A stretch of 64,000 nucleotides of DNA from Macrostomum hystrix (Eukaryota; Animalia; Platyhelminthes). The first letter of the stretch is position 1, and every line of letters begins with the position of its first letter. Both the position numbers and the translations under genes were made by a program. Under the pieces are notes generated by a model. The model did not search any database and was not told the DNA's origin. It was given only the letters and a program-made list of their open reading frames with translations. Shown in pieces: positions 28,478-41,501 of the stretch. The DNA lies in NCBI GenBank assembly GCA_950097015.1, contig CATNEN010000039.1, positions 18,228,001 through 18,292,000 of the forward strand, read 5' to 3'.

Positions 28478-28582
28478 GGGTTGTAGCCTCGCAGTATGAG
28501 CATCTTACTCACTACTTGAAGGTCAGGGGTTCGATTCCCGACTCCACTGGAACAATTTGTGTCCTTAAGCAGGACACTTAGC
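28478..28582 (+). mobile_element. SINE family 2 (CORE-like), 5' part
   Basis: tRNA-like head with B box GGTTCGATTCC, then TGTGTCCTTAAGCAGGACACTTA. Matches 44161-44470 and 62030-62325. Confidence 0.8.
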
Positions 28583-29738
28583 ACTTATTCAAATATGATC
28601 GCATCTCTATGAAAAGTACATTGCTATAATTAAGGACAGAATATTAAGCGGAAATAATATGTCTCTTCCACTCTTGTGCACAAACTAACGAGTTCCAGGT
28701 TTATGCAACAAAAATTTTCTAATTAGAAATAAGGGAAGAATTTCTGCGATCAAAATCTTACTCACTACTCGTACTATTGCCAAATCTTACCTGAAAAGTC
28801 TCATTTTCAAGAGCAATAACTCAGTCAATGAGCAATGGTCTCGTGGACACAAAAATTATATAGGAAAGCTAAAAAAAGATACAAATACTTCGTCAAATTC
28901 GCAGTTCTTTGAATGCCTACGCAGTGTCTGTTGTTCTCTAAGCCAGAGTAAAGGAGCTAACGGCATTAGCCTTTTCAAATATTAATTAGTTGAGCATGAT
29001 GAGCAGGCTGGTTTGAGAACACGCAGGCGAGTGTATAATGCAATGGTCTCATGAGGTTTGGCTGCAAATTGGGCTAACTGATGAAGGATGTATGGGGATA
29101 TAAAACTTGAGACGGAGCAGTAATGATGGATAGAATTTACACCGAACACAGTGTGGCCAGAACTACAGCCAATGGTACAGTCCATGGACTGGACACCAGC
29201 CCAAAGCTCTATACCATTGTACCCATTTTAAACATGGGTGAACGAAACTGTAGAGAGGCCAGAGGACCTGTCTGACCAGCCTCCCCTCCCTGACCAGCTC
29301 GAGGTGGCCAAACATGCCTGGATAAAAGAACACATTTTCCTTCTTTGCCAAATCGGGACCCGCCTTGTCCTTTGTAGCCCTCCAGCCTGCTAGCTCAATA
29401 TTTGAGTTCCCTGGGGCACAGCGACAGGGCTATAAATGGGAGGCAGACTGTGCCTGGTAACTAAGCACTCTGGGCTCTACTTTTGAGTTTGCAAGATCGG
29501 CCTCTGCTGCGGCCACAGCTTGCTATGCATTTTTCAGCAGTCGTGCCCTGCAGTGTCCGGGTTTGGGGACGGGAGGTCGCGTGCAGGCATTGGAGGGCAG
29601 AGGTGGCGGTGGGATGGGACCGAGGGGTATCGGGAGAGATCCTCCATTTATATGAAGATGAGTCAAAGTTAAATTACATTATATCCATTGAGCCCGCCTA
29701 AAATATACCTTGCATTGTAACCATAAATCGACAGACCA

Positions 29739-32700
29739 ATGATGCTGCTGAGCAGACAGGAAACAATCATTGTTAGCGAAGGCTGGCAAGATGCAATGCA
29801 ACACAAGGAGGAGCTGGGCGAGATGATCTTTATTAGGTGAGTTCATTAATACAATAATTTTTTGCCGCGTAAGAAAGGTAGCCAACTAACTTTTTGTCAA
29901 TTCGGTTTTGATGTTTAGTCAATGTCCATGGACCAGTATCGAACTGTTTATATACAGTTTATCGAGCACCGGAATGCCAAATTACTTTTTAACAGAGACA
30001 AGCGTAAATTAAATTAAGTTATTTACACGACACATTTTACATGCAGTACAACACCAACAAAATATTTGAGAACGACGATTAATAATATTATTTGCAGGAG
30101 GGCTGCGGGCAGTGGCACATCATTTGGTGACACTAGACCCGCAGCCAGCGAGGAGGCAATTCTGCCAATTTTGCTGTCTCCTGAGCACACACTCACTCAG
30201 ATACTGTACGCAGGCACACGCTCACACAGGTGTGTACATCTGCTCTGACTGTCTAATTGTCAGGCAGTGTACACTCTCACTGTGCCTTGGAGGTTGGCCC
30301 TCAAGGGCGTAAATTGCACGAAAAACCTCCAAGCCTTCCCTCCGCGGCTGCGCCCAAAATGAAATGTGGCCTGAGCGCGGAATCGAGCTCAGGGACCTTG
30401 GTGCGAGAGGCGAAATCATTATACCGCTCTGCCACTCACCCTACGAGAATCACAATTTAAGTGCTTTTAAACTTTTAAGTAGTTAAGTAAAAAAAAGAAG
30501 TAGTTTTAATTTTCAACTTTAAAATAATTGTCTAGACAGGAGTAATGCATAGCCTGTATGACCCACTTCAGTCTGCAAGAAACATCATGCTTGCTTTCTT
30601 CAGTTACACGCTCTTTTTCTACCTGTAATTAAGCAAGAAGACTAGTTATTGACGTCTTCAATTAATCAAGGAATCAATTTTTTCCAGGGTCTTAATATCT
30701 TGTCCTTTTTGGATCTAGGGAATATTCGAAATCTGTTAATGAATTATTTTTATCCCGTATTCCGTGAGAACATTTTCCATACCTTCAGACACCAAGACAG
30801 ATAATAAATGTAAATATAGTTGCAAATTATTACATGTAATGTAATGTAATGTAACGCGCGTGCGCGCCCCGGCAGCCACCCCACCCTATGTGCACAACCG
30901 CTGTGCGTTGATTGGCTGCCCAGTGTACACCGCTGGCCTATATAACTTAAGACCGCGCTTTATCTCGTGCGCCTTAACCTTCTTCTGCCAACTATAAACT
31001 TTACGTGGCTTCACTCGCCACAGAAAAGTAACTTCATCAGTTCAATCCACAGTAAAGTGCATTAAATATAATATAATTGTTACAACTCCGATAAATTTTA
31101 TTTCTATAGCTATTAGCCTCAGACGACAGTCGGATGTGGGCTCCCGCACTTCCGCAATCCAACCATTAGTTTCTACGTCAGCTATGCGTAAAATACACCT
31201 GGCTATTGTACCTCGAAAATTCCAAATTTCTGGGCTTCAGCTCGTTTAGTCGTAGAGCTGAAACAAGTACATTTTTAGGCAATTATACGGAGAAAACAAG
31301 TTTCTAATGGTTCTGTTGTTTCTGGAGCTGAAACAAGTACATTTTAGGCAATTATACAGAGAAAACAAGTTTCTAATGGTTCTGTTGTTTCTGGAGCTGA
31401 AACAAGTACATTTTAGGCAATTATACGGAGAAAACAAGTTTCTAATGGATCTGTTGTTTCTGGAGCTGAAACAAGTACATTTTAGGCAATTATACAGAGA
31501 AAACAAGTTTCTAATGGTTCTGTTGTTTCTGGAGCTGAAACAAGTACATTTTTAGGCAATTAAACGGAGAAAACAAGTTTCTAATGGATCTGTTGTTTTT
31601 GGAGCTGAAACAAGTACATTTTAGGCAATTATACGGAGAAAACAAGTTTCTAATGGATCTGTTGTTTCTGGAGCTGAAACAAGTACATTTTTAGGCAAGT
31701 CGTATCTAAGGGCCAGTATAGAGAAAAGGAAAAAATGCAGAATCCGCTGTTTTCACAAATGAAGCTAGCTATATACAGAAGTCGACTAAGCTATAAATAG
31801 GGAGACTAATATCAAAGAATGAATACCCTTGCAGACTCCCCTTTAATCAAACGTGTCTAGTCTATAAATTTTAGCACAAGAAAAAATTTCCGTTTTCGTA
31901 TTATTTTTTTTCTGCGAAAACTAGCATCCAAAGCTTTTATTATTAAACTTTGTATCCCGTCCTTCTACTCGTAGTGGTCCTTGGTCTTACTCTACTAAGT
32001 CGTCCCACCCGCAAAAATGACGCAGACTGTTCGAGCTGTACCCGGAGGAGCAAGATCTATTTCCAAAGTTTCGCCAAAAGTCGCTCGAAGAGCTACACGG
32101 AGATCCGGGAATGCGGACCCACGGACGCCGGGTGGTGAACATGCTGGACTCGGTCATCGCCGACCTGCGCGACAGGCAGTCATCTGAGGAGCTGCTGACC
32201 GAGATCGGCCGATCGCACGGTCGCCGAGGCATCCGACCGGACCATTTTGCTGTGAGTCGACTCAAACTAATCCTTATTAGTAATGCATCCACAAGCTTTT
32301 AAATTGCCGTTTTCAAGAAAGCAGTATAGACTTAAGATAAAAATTTATTTATTTTAAGCTGCAGTTAAACACAATAGAAGGCTAGCTAGTCATCAAAGCC
32401 GTCATTGCAGATCGCATCATCGGGCCTATGCTTGCGCTGTGCATGTCTATAGAAATTTTTCACCTCTATCGATGCATTTTTTTATTCCACGTATTGCTGA
32501 AATCTCACATAAAAAATCATCATCAAAAGTGTCATTCATATCCAGAAGGCTCTATAGGAATAGGTCTGAGAAAATATAATCAAATTCACGTGCCACTCGA
32601 GAAAATGTAAATTATAAATATCTATTTATATTCATTTTATTCAGGTAGATTGTCAGGAGTGGAAGTAGAATGTTTGGAGTGGAAGTAGATTGTCAGGAGT

Positions 32701-33640
32701 GGAAGTAAATTGTCAGGAGTGGAAGTAGATTGTCAGGAGTGGAAGTAAATTGTCAGGAGTGGAAGTAGATTGTCAGGAGTGGAAGTAGAATACCAGGAGT
32801 GGAAGTAGATTACCAGGAGTGGAAGTAGATTGACAGGAGTGGAGGTAGATTACATGGAGTGGAAGTAGATTACCAGGAGTGGAAGTAGAATGTCAGGAGT
32901 GGAAGTAGATTCTCGGGAGTGGAAGTAGAATGTCAGGTTTGGAAGTAGAATGTCAGGTTTGGAAGTAGATTGTCAGGAGTGGAAGTAGATTGTCAGGAGT
33001 GGAAGTAGATTGTTAGGAGTGGAAGTAGAATACCAGGAGTGGAAGTAGAATACCAGGAGTGGAAGTAGAATACCAGGAGTGGAAGTAGATTGTCAGGAGT
33101 GAAAGTAGATTGTCAGGAGTGAAAGTAGATTGTCAGGAGTGGAAGTAAATTGTCACGAGTGGAAGTAGATTGTCTGTAGTGGAGGTAGATTACATGGAGT
33201 GGAAGTAGATTACCAGGAGTGGAAGTAGATTGTCAGGAGTGGAAGTAGATTGTCAGGAGTGGAAGTAGAATGTCACGAGTGGAAGTAGATTGTCTGTAGT
33301 GGAGGTAGATTACATGGAGTGGAAGTAGATTACCAGGAGTGGAAGTAGATTGTCAGGAGTGGAAGTAGATTGTCAGGAGTGGAAGTAGAATGTCAGGTTT
33401 GGAACTAGAATGTCAGGAGCAGAGAATATAGATACGCTCCTGAATCGATGCATCAAGAACAATTAGCTTTCTAGTCTCCCATCTTCCAATCGTCCGCAGA
33501 CACTGAACAAGGTACTAATGTTCGTATTGGAGGACGTGCTGGAACAGAAATTCACAATGCACAGGGCCGTATGGAACAAGTTTCTATCAGGCACAATTCC
33601 AATTATCACCGAGGGCATCAGGACTGCCTGCGATGGCTGA
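29739..33640 (+). CDS. Single-domain globin, 154 aa
   Basis: Exons 29739-29836 (MMLLSRQETIIVSEGWQDAMQHKEELGEMIFIR), 32026-32251 (LFELYPEEQDLFPKF...MRTHGRRV...IGRSHGRRGIRPDHFA) and 33500-33640 (TLNKVLMFVLEDVL...AVWNKFL...CDG*). Intron phases 2 and 0 match globin B12.2 and G7.0. CD1 Phe, E7 His and F8 His are present. Confidence 0.92.
30080..30441 (-). mobile_element. SINE family 1, full-length copy (globin intron 1)
   Basis: Minus-strand head GGGTGAGTGGCAGAGCGG (A box) ... GAGCTCGATTCC (B-box-like), with an A/T-rich tail. Confidence 0.88.
31255..31698. repeat. Minisatellite, 69-bp unit (globin intron 1)
   Basis: About 6.3 copies of GAGCTGAAACAAGTACATTTTAGGCAATTATACGGAGAAAACAAGTTTCTAATGGTTCTGTTGTTTCTG. 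Confidence 0.95.
32645..33419. repeat. Minisatellite, 20-bp unit GGAGTGGAAGTAGATTGTCA (globin intron 2)
   Basis: Indel-free 20-bp periodicity with substitution variants. Confidence 0.97.
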
Positions 33641-33832
33641 TCTCCAACGAATCAACTGACGCAACAGACCTGACACAATTAGTCTCTTAATTTTTCTTAC
33701 TGTTATCATTTATAAGAGAAATACTAATTTGTCAACTAAACTATACTTTTTCAGGATTAGGAAAATCAACAAAAGCTTTACTAATCATTAGGAAAAAAGA
33801 ATCTTTCACCTGTCTCTGAGAAAGTATCATAA

Positions 33833-34501
33833 TCACCTGCCTCTGAGGAAATCTACCGTCTCTTCCTCACCTGTCTCTGAGGAAATCTACCGTCTCTTCC
33901 TCATCTGCCTCTGAGGAAATCTACCGTCTCTTCCTCATCTGCCTCTGAGGAATTCTACCGTCTCTTCCTCACCTGCCTCTGAGGAAATCTACCGTCTCTT
34001 CCTCATCTGCCTCTGAGGAAATCTACCGTCTCTTCCTCATCTGCCTCTGAGGAAATCTACCGTCTCTTCCTCATCTGCCTCTGAGGAAATCTACCGTCTC
34101 TTCCTCATCTGCCTCTGAGGAAATCTACCGTCTCTTCCTCATGTCTCTGAGGAAATCTACCGTCTCTTCCTCATCTGCCACTGAGGAAATCTACCGTCTC
34201 TTCCTCATCTGCCACTGAGGAAATCTACCGTCTCTTCCTCATCTGCCTCTGAGGAAATCTACCGTCTCTTCCTCATCTGCCACTGAGGAAATCTACCGTC
34301 TCTTCCTCATCTGCCACTGAGGAAATCTACCGTCTCTTCCTCATCTGCCACTGAGGAAATCTACCGTCTCTTCTTCATCTGCCACAGAGGAAATCTACCG
34401 TCTCTTCCTCACCTGCCTCTGAGGAAATCTACCGTCTCTTCCTAACCTGTCTCTGAGGAAATCTACCGTCTCTTCCTCACCTGTCTCTGAGGAAATCTAC
34501 C
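33833..34501. repeat. Minisatellite, 34-bp unit CTGAGGAAATCTACCGTCTCTTCCTCATCTGCCT
   Basis: Tandem array. Each unit contains the inverted repeat TGAGGAA/TTCCTCA. Confidence 0.96.
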
Positions 34502-34869
34502 ATTCGCTTGTTTACCAAACAAATATTTAAGCTAAAGCAAATGAAATAAAAAAGCCTAGAACGGTTTTTGTCGGACATTTAAAAAGACTGACCACAAACA
34601 ATCTTAAACAGAAACTTGTTCTACGTATCGAATTTGTTGTTCAAACATTTATTTCCGAGGAAAGCGATTTAGAAAATTTAGAATATGAATGGCAAAAAAA
34701 TTGTGAATGATAATAGCTCGTATGTTGCATTCTATATGTCGATCAAAATTTGCTATTTGAAAAAACAACACAAACGAACGTGACTACTCTTAGTAGGTTC
34801 GTTAGATAGTTACGACAAAATATGCAATGTATATCTAGGCTATTACTTATTGCGCTAATTTCGGCACTC

Positions 34870-35939
34870 AGGGCAGAGATGCGGCTAGGTGTACACACAC
34901 AGTCAATGTACATTATCTAGGGCAGAGATGGGGCTAGGTGTACACACACAGCCAATGTACATTATCTAGGGCAGAGATGCGGCTAGGTGTACACACACCT
35001 AATGTACATTATCTAGGGCAGAGATTGGGCTAGGTGTACACACACAGTCAATGTACATTATCTAGGGCAGAGATGGAGCTAGGTGTACACACACAGCCAA
35101 TGTACATTATCTAGGGCAGAGATGGAGCTAGGTGTACACACACAGCCAATGTACATTATCTAGGGCAGAGATTGGGCTAGGTGTACACACACAGCCAATG
35201 TACATTATCTAGGGCAGAGATGGAGCTAGGTGTACACACACAGCCAATGTACATTATCTAGGGCAGAGATGGAGCTAGGTGTACACACACAGCCAATGTA
35301 CATTATCTAGGGCAGAGATAGGGCTAGGTGTACACACACAGCCAATGTACATTATCTAGGGCAGAGATGCGGCTAGGTGTACACACACAGCCAATGTACA
35401 TTATCTAGGGCAGAGATTGGGCTAGGTGTACACACACAGTCAATGTACATTATCTAGGGCAGAGATGGAGCTAGGTGTACACACACAGCCAATGTACATT
35501 ATCTAGGGCAGAGATTGGGCTAGGTGTACACACACAGCCAATGTACATTATCTAGGGCAGAGATGGAGCTAGGTGTACACACACAGCCAATGTACATTAT
35601 CTAGGGCAGAGATGGAGCTAGGTGTACACACACAGCCAATGTACATTATCTAGGGCAGAGATTGGGCTAGGTGTACACACACAGCCAATGTACATTATCT
35701 AGGGCAGAGATTGGGCTAGGTGTACACACACAGCCAATGTACATTATCTAGGGCAGAGATGGAGCTAGGTGTACACACACAGCCAATGTACATTATCTAG
35801 GGCAGAGATGGAGCTAGGTGTACACACACAGCCAATGTACATTATCTAGGGCAGAGATGGGGCTAGGTGTACACACACAGCCAATGTACATTATCTAGGG
35901 CAGAGATGGAGCTAGGTGTACACACACAGCCAATGTACA
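34870..35939. repeat. Minisatellite, 49-bp unit AGGGCAGAGATGGAGCTAGGTGTACACACACAGCCAATGTACATTATCT
   Basis: About 22 copies, starting about 57 bp downstream of the GPR89 stop codon. Confidence 0.97.
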
Positions 35940-35996
35940 CAATTGGGCCCACAAAGTCAGCAAACTAGTAAAGGGGGTCACCTAGCCGGGTGTGGG

Positions 35997-38391
35997 TCAC
36001 CTGAGCAGCAAGCTGTCGTGCTCAGAGCGGCCCACAGTCTGCTTGTGCGCCACCCAGATGAAGGCGATAGAAGAGGAGGCGCTCAATAGAAAGATGACAT
36101 CGAACCAGCGGTGATAGAAGTGAAACTGCAGGTCGCCAAGCACCTGGGTGATGATGTGACGATACTCGGCCGGCATGTTCATCCGCATCAGCAGCACGGA
36201 GCTGAGAAAGTACATGCCCATAACCTGGGCCAGCAGCAGCACCATGATGTTTGAGCTATGCGTCGAGGCCAGAGCGAAAAAGAACTTCGTGAGGGTCAGC
36301 AGCAGGCCCCGGATTGAGGTGACGGCCATTATGCCAACTAGCCAGAAACTCACCTGCACAACCATGGGTATTATATGAGTTTAGAGTTACAACAGCTAGA
36401 GTAGAAAGTCGATTTTTGTATTTACCTGCTGAGACCAGAATTGCACGTCTAGGCGAAAGCCAAGCAGTTGAACGCAGATGTGCAGCGCCCTGGTCACTGG
36501 GTCCACTTTGCCAACCCTATTGAATACAATGTTGATGGTGCAGGAGCACAGCTTCCATAGGCAGTAGGCGCAGAACACCCAGCCCAGTAGGTTGAAATAT
36601 CGACCCTGCGAATGTGTATAGTTAAACATTACAGACTACTACTAGTAGCAGAGTAGCAGTAGTCAAGCAGGAAAAATTATTTTAGTTATTCTCGCTGGAG
36701 CGTTATTTTAGTTATTTTAGTTGACTCCTAACTTCAATCGAAGGTCTAAAGATGGAACCATTTGTGCCTCTGGCCTCTCGCACCGAGGGCCACGAGCTCG
36801 ATTCCGCGTCGAGGCCGCGTTCTTTTGGGGCGCAGCCGCGGAGAGAAGGCTTGGTGGCTTGTTGTGCAATTTACGCCTTTGAGGGCCAACCTCCAAGGCA
36901 CAATAAAAGTGTATACTTTTTTATTAATGCCATAAGTGCCACCACCTATGGAAGGTCTAGATCAGAGGTCGGCAAACTCCGGCCCGCGGGCCAGATGCGG
37001 CCCTCGAAGCTCCCAAATCCGGCCCGTTCCCCTTTCCGACACCTACAGTATCCTGTTTTATCTTTCCCCTGTGTGTCACCTCTCCGGTGTGTCACCTCTC
37101 CCGTGTCTTATCTCTCCCGTGTCTCATCTCTCCACTGTCTCATCTCTCCCGTGTCTCATCTCTCCCCTGTCTCATCTCTCCCGTGTCTCATCTCTCCCGT
37201 GTCTCATCTTCCCGTGCCTCATCTCTCCCTATCTCTGATATATTTCTCTTATATTTCTATAGTCAATGCGGCCCGCTGTCGTCTTTTAGGTTCTCTTTTT
37301 GGCCCGCTAGCTAATAAGTTTGCCGACCCTGGTCTAGATGCTCTGCTTTTTGAAGCCAGTGGACACATAAGAAACTTGATCCGGACACGTGACATAGGCT
37401 TATAAAAATAGTGAGCCGTGTATTAGAATCATTGAACATCTCGACGTTTTGGAGAGCTCAAAAGGTCCGCCCAAGCGAAGTAAGCCTAAACAGCCTGCGT
37501 AGGTAAATCTATTGTTGAACAGAACAATAAATTTCTGTCCCACACCTGCAAGGTTTTGCTGTGCGCCGCGCGCTCCTGTGCTGTCCGCAGCTCGTGCAGC
37601 TCGAGGAACAGCTGCCTGCCGAGCTCCTCGTGATTGGCCGCCTCCGATTCGACGCTGGCCGCGGTTGGCCCGGACCGGCGAGCCGCCGCGGCGGCCGCAG
37701 TCCACGGCAGGCTCCAGCCGGAGGCCTGCCGACTCTGCGCCTCATCGCGTCTAAGCAGAGCCGTTCGACGACGCTTAGCAGCGACAAGGTCGAGCGTCTG
37801 CAACAGGCGCCGCTCGATGCTGAGCACCGCCGATTGGGTCACTGGGCGCACAAACACGTGCATGCAGCTGTAGGGATAATTGACAGCACCGAAACCTGAC
37901 AGCAGGGCCATGATGGTGACACCGATCACGCCAACCCGACCGATGCACTGCTCCAGCGAGAATATGCCGTGATTTGGCGACAGGATTGGAAACGGGTCGC
38001 CGAGACGCCAGAACAGCCAGACGAAGCCAAGCCAGCAGGCGAGCGCCAGGGCGGAACGGAGGGAGCGCCTGCGCGGCAGGAAGCTGGCAGAGGAGATGGC
38101 AAAGTAGCAGGTGTAGTAGGGCAGTACCACCATGACGAGGATGAGCATGGCGAATATGCACAGCCGCCACCACAGCCTGCGTGACAGCGGATCCAACAGG
38201 CCGACTATCTCGAAGATGATCAATTCGAACATGCCGCAAGAGAGGGCGAAAGTAACAGAGAATGTCACGAGGACAATCCAATGCCTGACCTCGTAGTCGC
38301 GAAATAAATGCTTTAGAAAGAAGACCCAGCCTAGAGCAAAGAAGGCGCCCATGGAGGCTAGCATGACCACAGAATCAGACCCAACTGTCAT
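35997..38391 (-). CDS. GPR89: Golgi pH regulator (GPR89/GPHR), 460 aa
   Basis: Exons 38391-37546, 36605-36426 and 36353-35997, all phase 0. Motifs [81 protein letters not shown] and [11 protein letters not shown]. Confidence 0.97.
36757..36913 (+). mobile_element. SINE family 1, partial copy (GPR89 intron 1)
   Basis: GCCTCTCGCACCGAGGGCCACGAGCTCGATTCC...GGCCAACCTCCAAGGCAC. Confidence 0.8.
36963..37331. mobile_element. hAT (Charlie-like) MITE with internal CT-rich microrepeats
   Basis: TIRs CAGAGGTCGGCAAACT and AGTTTGCCGACCCTG. 8-bp TSD GTCTAGAT at 36955-36962 and 37332-37339 fits the NTCTAGAN preference of hAT-Charlie elements. Confidence 0.9.
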
Positions 38392-38636
38392 TGCTGATGC
38401 TGCCTCCTGTCTAAGTGCTGTGGGGAGAGAGTAAATTTATTATACATTGCAAAACAAAACATTTAGACTGGGTACACATTTAGCTAGCCATCAGTCAGAG
38501 TTGTTGACTTGTAATTTTGCTTGCTTGTTAAGTTCCCCTACCTTAAAAGATTATTGGAATTTCTTACATAATAGCTATCTAAAATAAAATATGGTTTCAC
38601 AGTTTATTGGTCCAGAAAATAGGTAAATGGAAGAGT

Positions 38637-39342
38637 TACGAGGGCTATCCCAAAAATAAGTTTCGCTGCATTATAAATTTTCTGAAGTACATTTTTGGCA
38701 AACGCGGTTAGTAATTCCTGAATCTATATGTCTATGGCAAAAGGCACCAAAAGTTTAAAAGCAAATGCAGTCTCACAAGCTGCAGGGCATCAAGTTAAAC
38801 ACAGCTTCGTTTGCAAAGATGGCCACTTCGGCTTCGTTCACACGACACGACGTCAGAAACATCATCAAGTTTTCAGTTTTGGCTGGCAAATCAACATCAG
38901 AGATTCACGAAGAGCTTGGACAAGTTCTGAAAGAAGATGCTCCATCAATTCAAATGGTTCGGAAATGGGTCCGTGAAGTTCAAGGAGGCAGGCTGTTGAT
39001 GGAAGACAAAGAGCGGTCTGGAAGGCCAAGAACAGCCACCACTGATGCAAATGCAGAGCGTGTCAAAGCTGCAGTCACTGTTGACAGCAGATTGACTTGC
39101 AATGAGATCGAGGACCTCCTGGACATTCCTCACAGCACAGTGCATCGCATTCTTACTGAGCAGCTGAAAATGCAGATCTTCGCAAAGCGGGTGCCTCATC
39201 TCCTGTCCTGACTGAGGACCAAATGAAGGAGAGGGTGACCTGGTGCAAGAGCACCTTCGACGGTTTAATCGAGAGGGAAGCACCTTTCTCAGCAGAATTG
39301 ACAGGAGACGAGACATGGGTCTATGAGTGGGATCCTGAGCTA
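38637..39342 (+). mobile_element. Truncated, frameshifted mariner transposon
   Basis: Mariner-like left end TACGAGGGCTATCCC. HTH ORF (VRKWVRE...RSGRPRT...KRVPHLL), then frameshifted LTEDQMKERV and TGDETWVYEWDPE. The catalytic C-half and right TIR are absent. Confidence 0.85.
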
Positions 39343-41501
39343 ATATAAGATGCTTATTTATAGTATAGAAAAGAAAAATCTTCCCTGGTATATAGAACAC
39401 TATAGCATTAGTATAAAAATTATATTAATAGTATTATACATAGTGTGACAAATTATAAGAAATAAAAATAACTTAAATAATATTATAAATATGAATACAT
39501 TTATCTGTTTGTCTATCTGCAGCAAAAACCAATCGACCAAGCGCAAAAAAATCAAATGGGGGACCAAGGGACAAAACAGGAAGGCGTGAAGAAAAGGAAA
39601 AAGGGGAGAGAAAAAGAGAACAAATGAGAGCAAACTAATCATAATTTATTGTAGTAGGGGCCTAGCTTAAAGAAATTGGGGCATCACAGAAAAACTTCAG
39701 GAGCATAGTAAAAGCTGGTAGCTAGTAGCTAGTACACAATAAAATAGTTACAGACCTATTATGTATTAATAGCTATCATGCAGAATTTAACTAAATTGCA
39801 ATAAAAGCAAGACATTTTACACATTATTTACATATGCCTAGCTAGCTATTTTATTGTGTAGGTTTAGGCATTAGGCCTAGGTGTGTATTTTTATTTATAG
39901 GCCTAAGCAAAATTCTTAGTTTCGAATTATCATTGTTAGTTATCAAAATTATAAGTTTCTTTTTTATAAGAAACCTTATTAAAGCTAAAAAAATACTCTA
40001 GCAAATAGAAGCACTGCTAGCCCCCCCCAACCCCAAGTCGTAGGGTTCAGTGGCCACAAATTTAGATTGCGCTTTAGCTATTATATAATATATATTGCAT
40101 TAAAAACTCAATGCAAACTCTCCGACGGACATCTAAGACTAAGCTACGCACATTTAAAATTGTAAATTAACATTTACATAGGGCCTAGCATATACAGCCA
40201 TACAGAGCCAAAAGAGGAAGCAAAAGTGGTGAAAATGGTGACGCGTCAGCACTTTGGTTTCCTAACTTGTTCTTAGAAAAGAAAATAGTCAAAAATTATG
40301 CAAAGAAAAACAAATAAATGCCCCAAATTATTGTGTTAGCTAACTTTAATACTCCGATAAAAAAATAAGCTAAAAGACGGCACAAGCAGACTGAACAAAC
40401 TAAATGAACTAAAAATTGATTACAGGTGCTCAGCACCGAGCTCTGATACATGCAGAGCTTTCATCCTCTTGAATACACTGCCATCAATAATCGTGACAGA
40501 GCTCCGCGATGGCGTCTTTAAACCCGTTCACAGCTTCTTTCGGCTAATAAGCGCCTCAGTCCCAGGCACCTAGACATGTGACACAGCAATTGCGACAAGA
40601 CAGGGAGCGAGCACAAGGAGGGCATTGTCTATGGCCCTGACATGATATTTTTGGCATAAATAGTTGGCTAATGAAAGAAAGAAAGAAAAAAAGCACACTA
40701 AGCAGCGCGAGATAGAAAGGGTTAGGCGCCACACGGGTGCCGTCTGGTGGATGGGTGTCTGGGGTGGGTGTTTACACCCAATCAGCGAACGTCGATTGGA
40801 CACGAAAAGATATGGCACCCCGAGGATATGGATGGCTTACAGCAAAAAAAATTTAAGCAGGCAGACCTGCTTAACAAGACCTGCTATACAAGTAAGTGAA
40901 GGACTTCTATAAATAGTCTCTTAAATAGCATATGCTTATATTCAGAGGTCCTTGAAGTCAGCGGTGACTGTCAGGTGATTTACCACTGAAGCTAACAAAT
41001 ACAATAAAATACGATCGTTTCAATAAGGCCATGCGAGAACAATCCTTTCTACATTTTTAAACAGTAGTCTTGCTCTTGCAGAGTCAAAGACCCAGGAACT
41101 TCCTATGGATTTTTTTTTATCTAAAAGTTTATACTGTTCGTAAATCTCCAAGCTCGTTCACACATGTAAACTCACAAAAGTACACACAGGCAACGCAGGG
41201 TATAGCAGGTAAATTTGCAGTTTGAATGGAAGACAAGAGAGATAAATAGCTGTACATTTCACTTTGTACAGTCTATGCTTTATAGCTATCCTCTCTTCCT
41301 CTGTTCCAGGTTTCACATTGCGAAAATCTGCATGTTGTGCATGCCTCTAATGTACTTAGAGTTTAATGTACGCGCCTTGTGTACGCCTGGGAAACTTACT
41401 TTTAGCAGGGTTCGCTTGTGTTAACTTTCTTCTAGAAAGCTCGTTGCAGTGCTTCGCTTAAAAGAAATCACCAGAGATTCATTATTTACATGTAGTTTAA
41501 C

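Noticed and set aside
29163-29351. FGHLELVREGRLVRQVL resembling a LINE ORF2 C-terminus
   Set aside because: Too short and degenerate to call.
33833-34501. Hammerhead-like words (CTGAGGA...GAAA...GTC) across adjacent 34-bp units
   Set aside because: Stems II and III cannot form; the TGAGGAA/TTCCTCA hairpin sequesters the core.
32645-35939. CRISPR-like appearance of arrays with constant and variable parts
   Set aside because: Variable parts are only a few bases and recur; there are no unique spacers or cas genes, and the context is eukaryotic.
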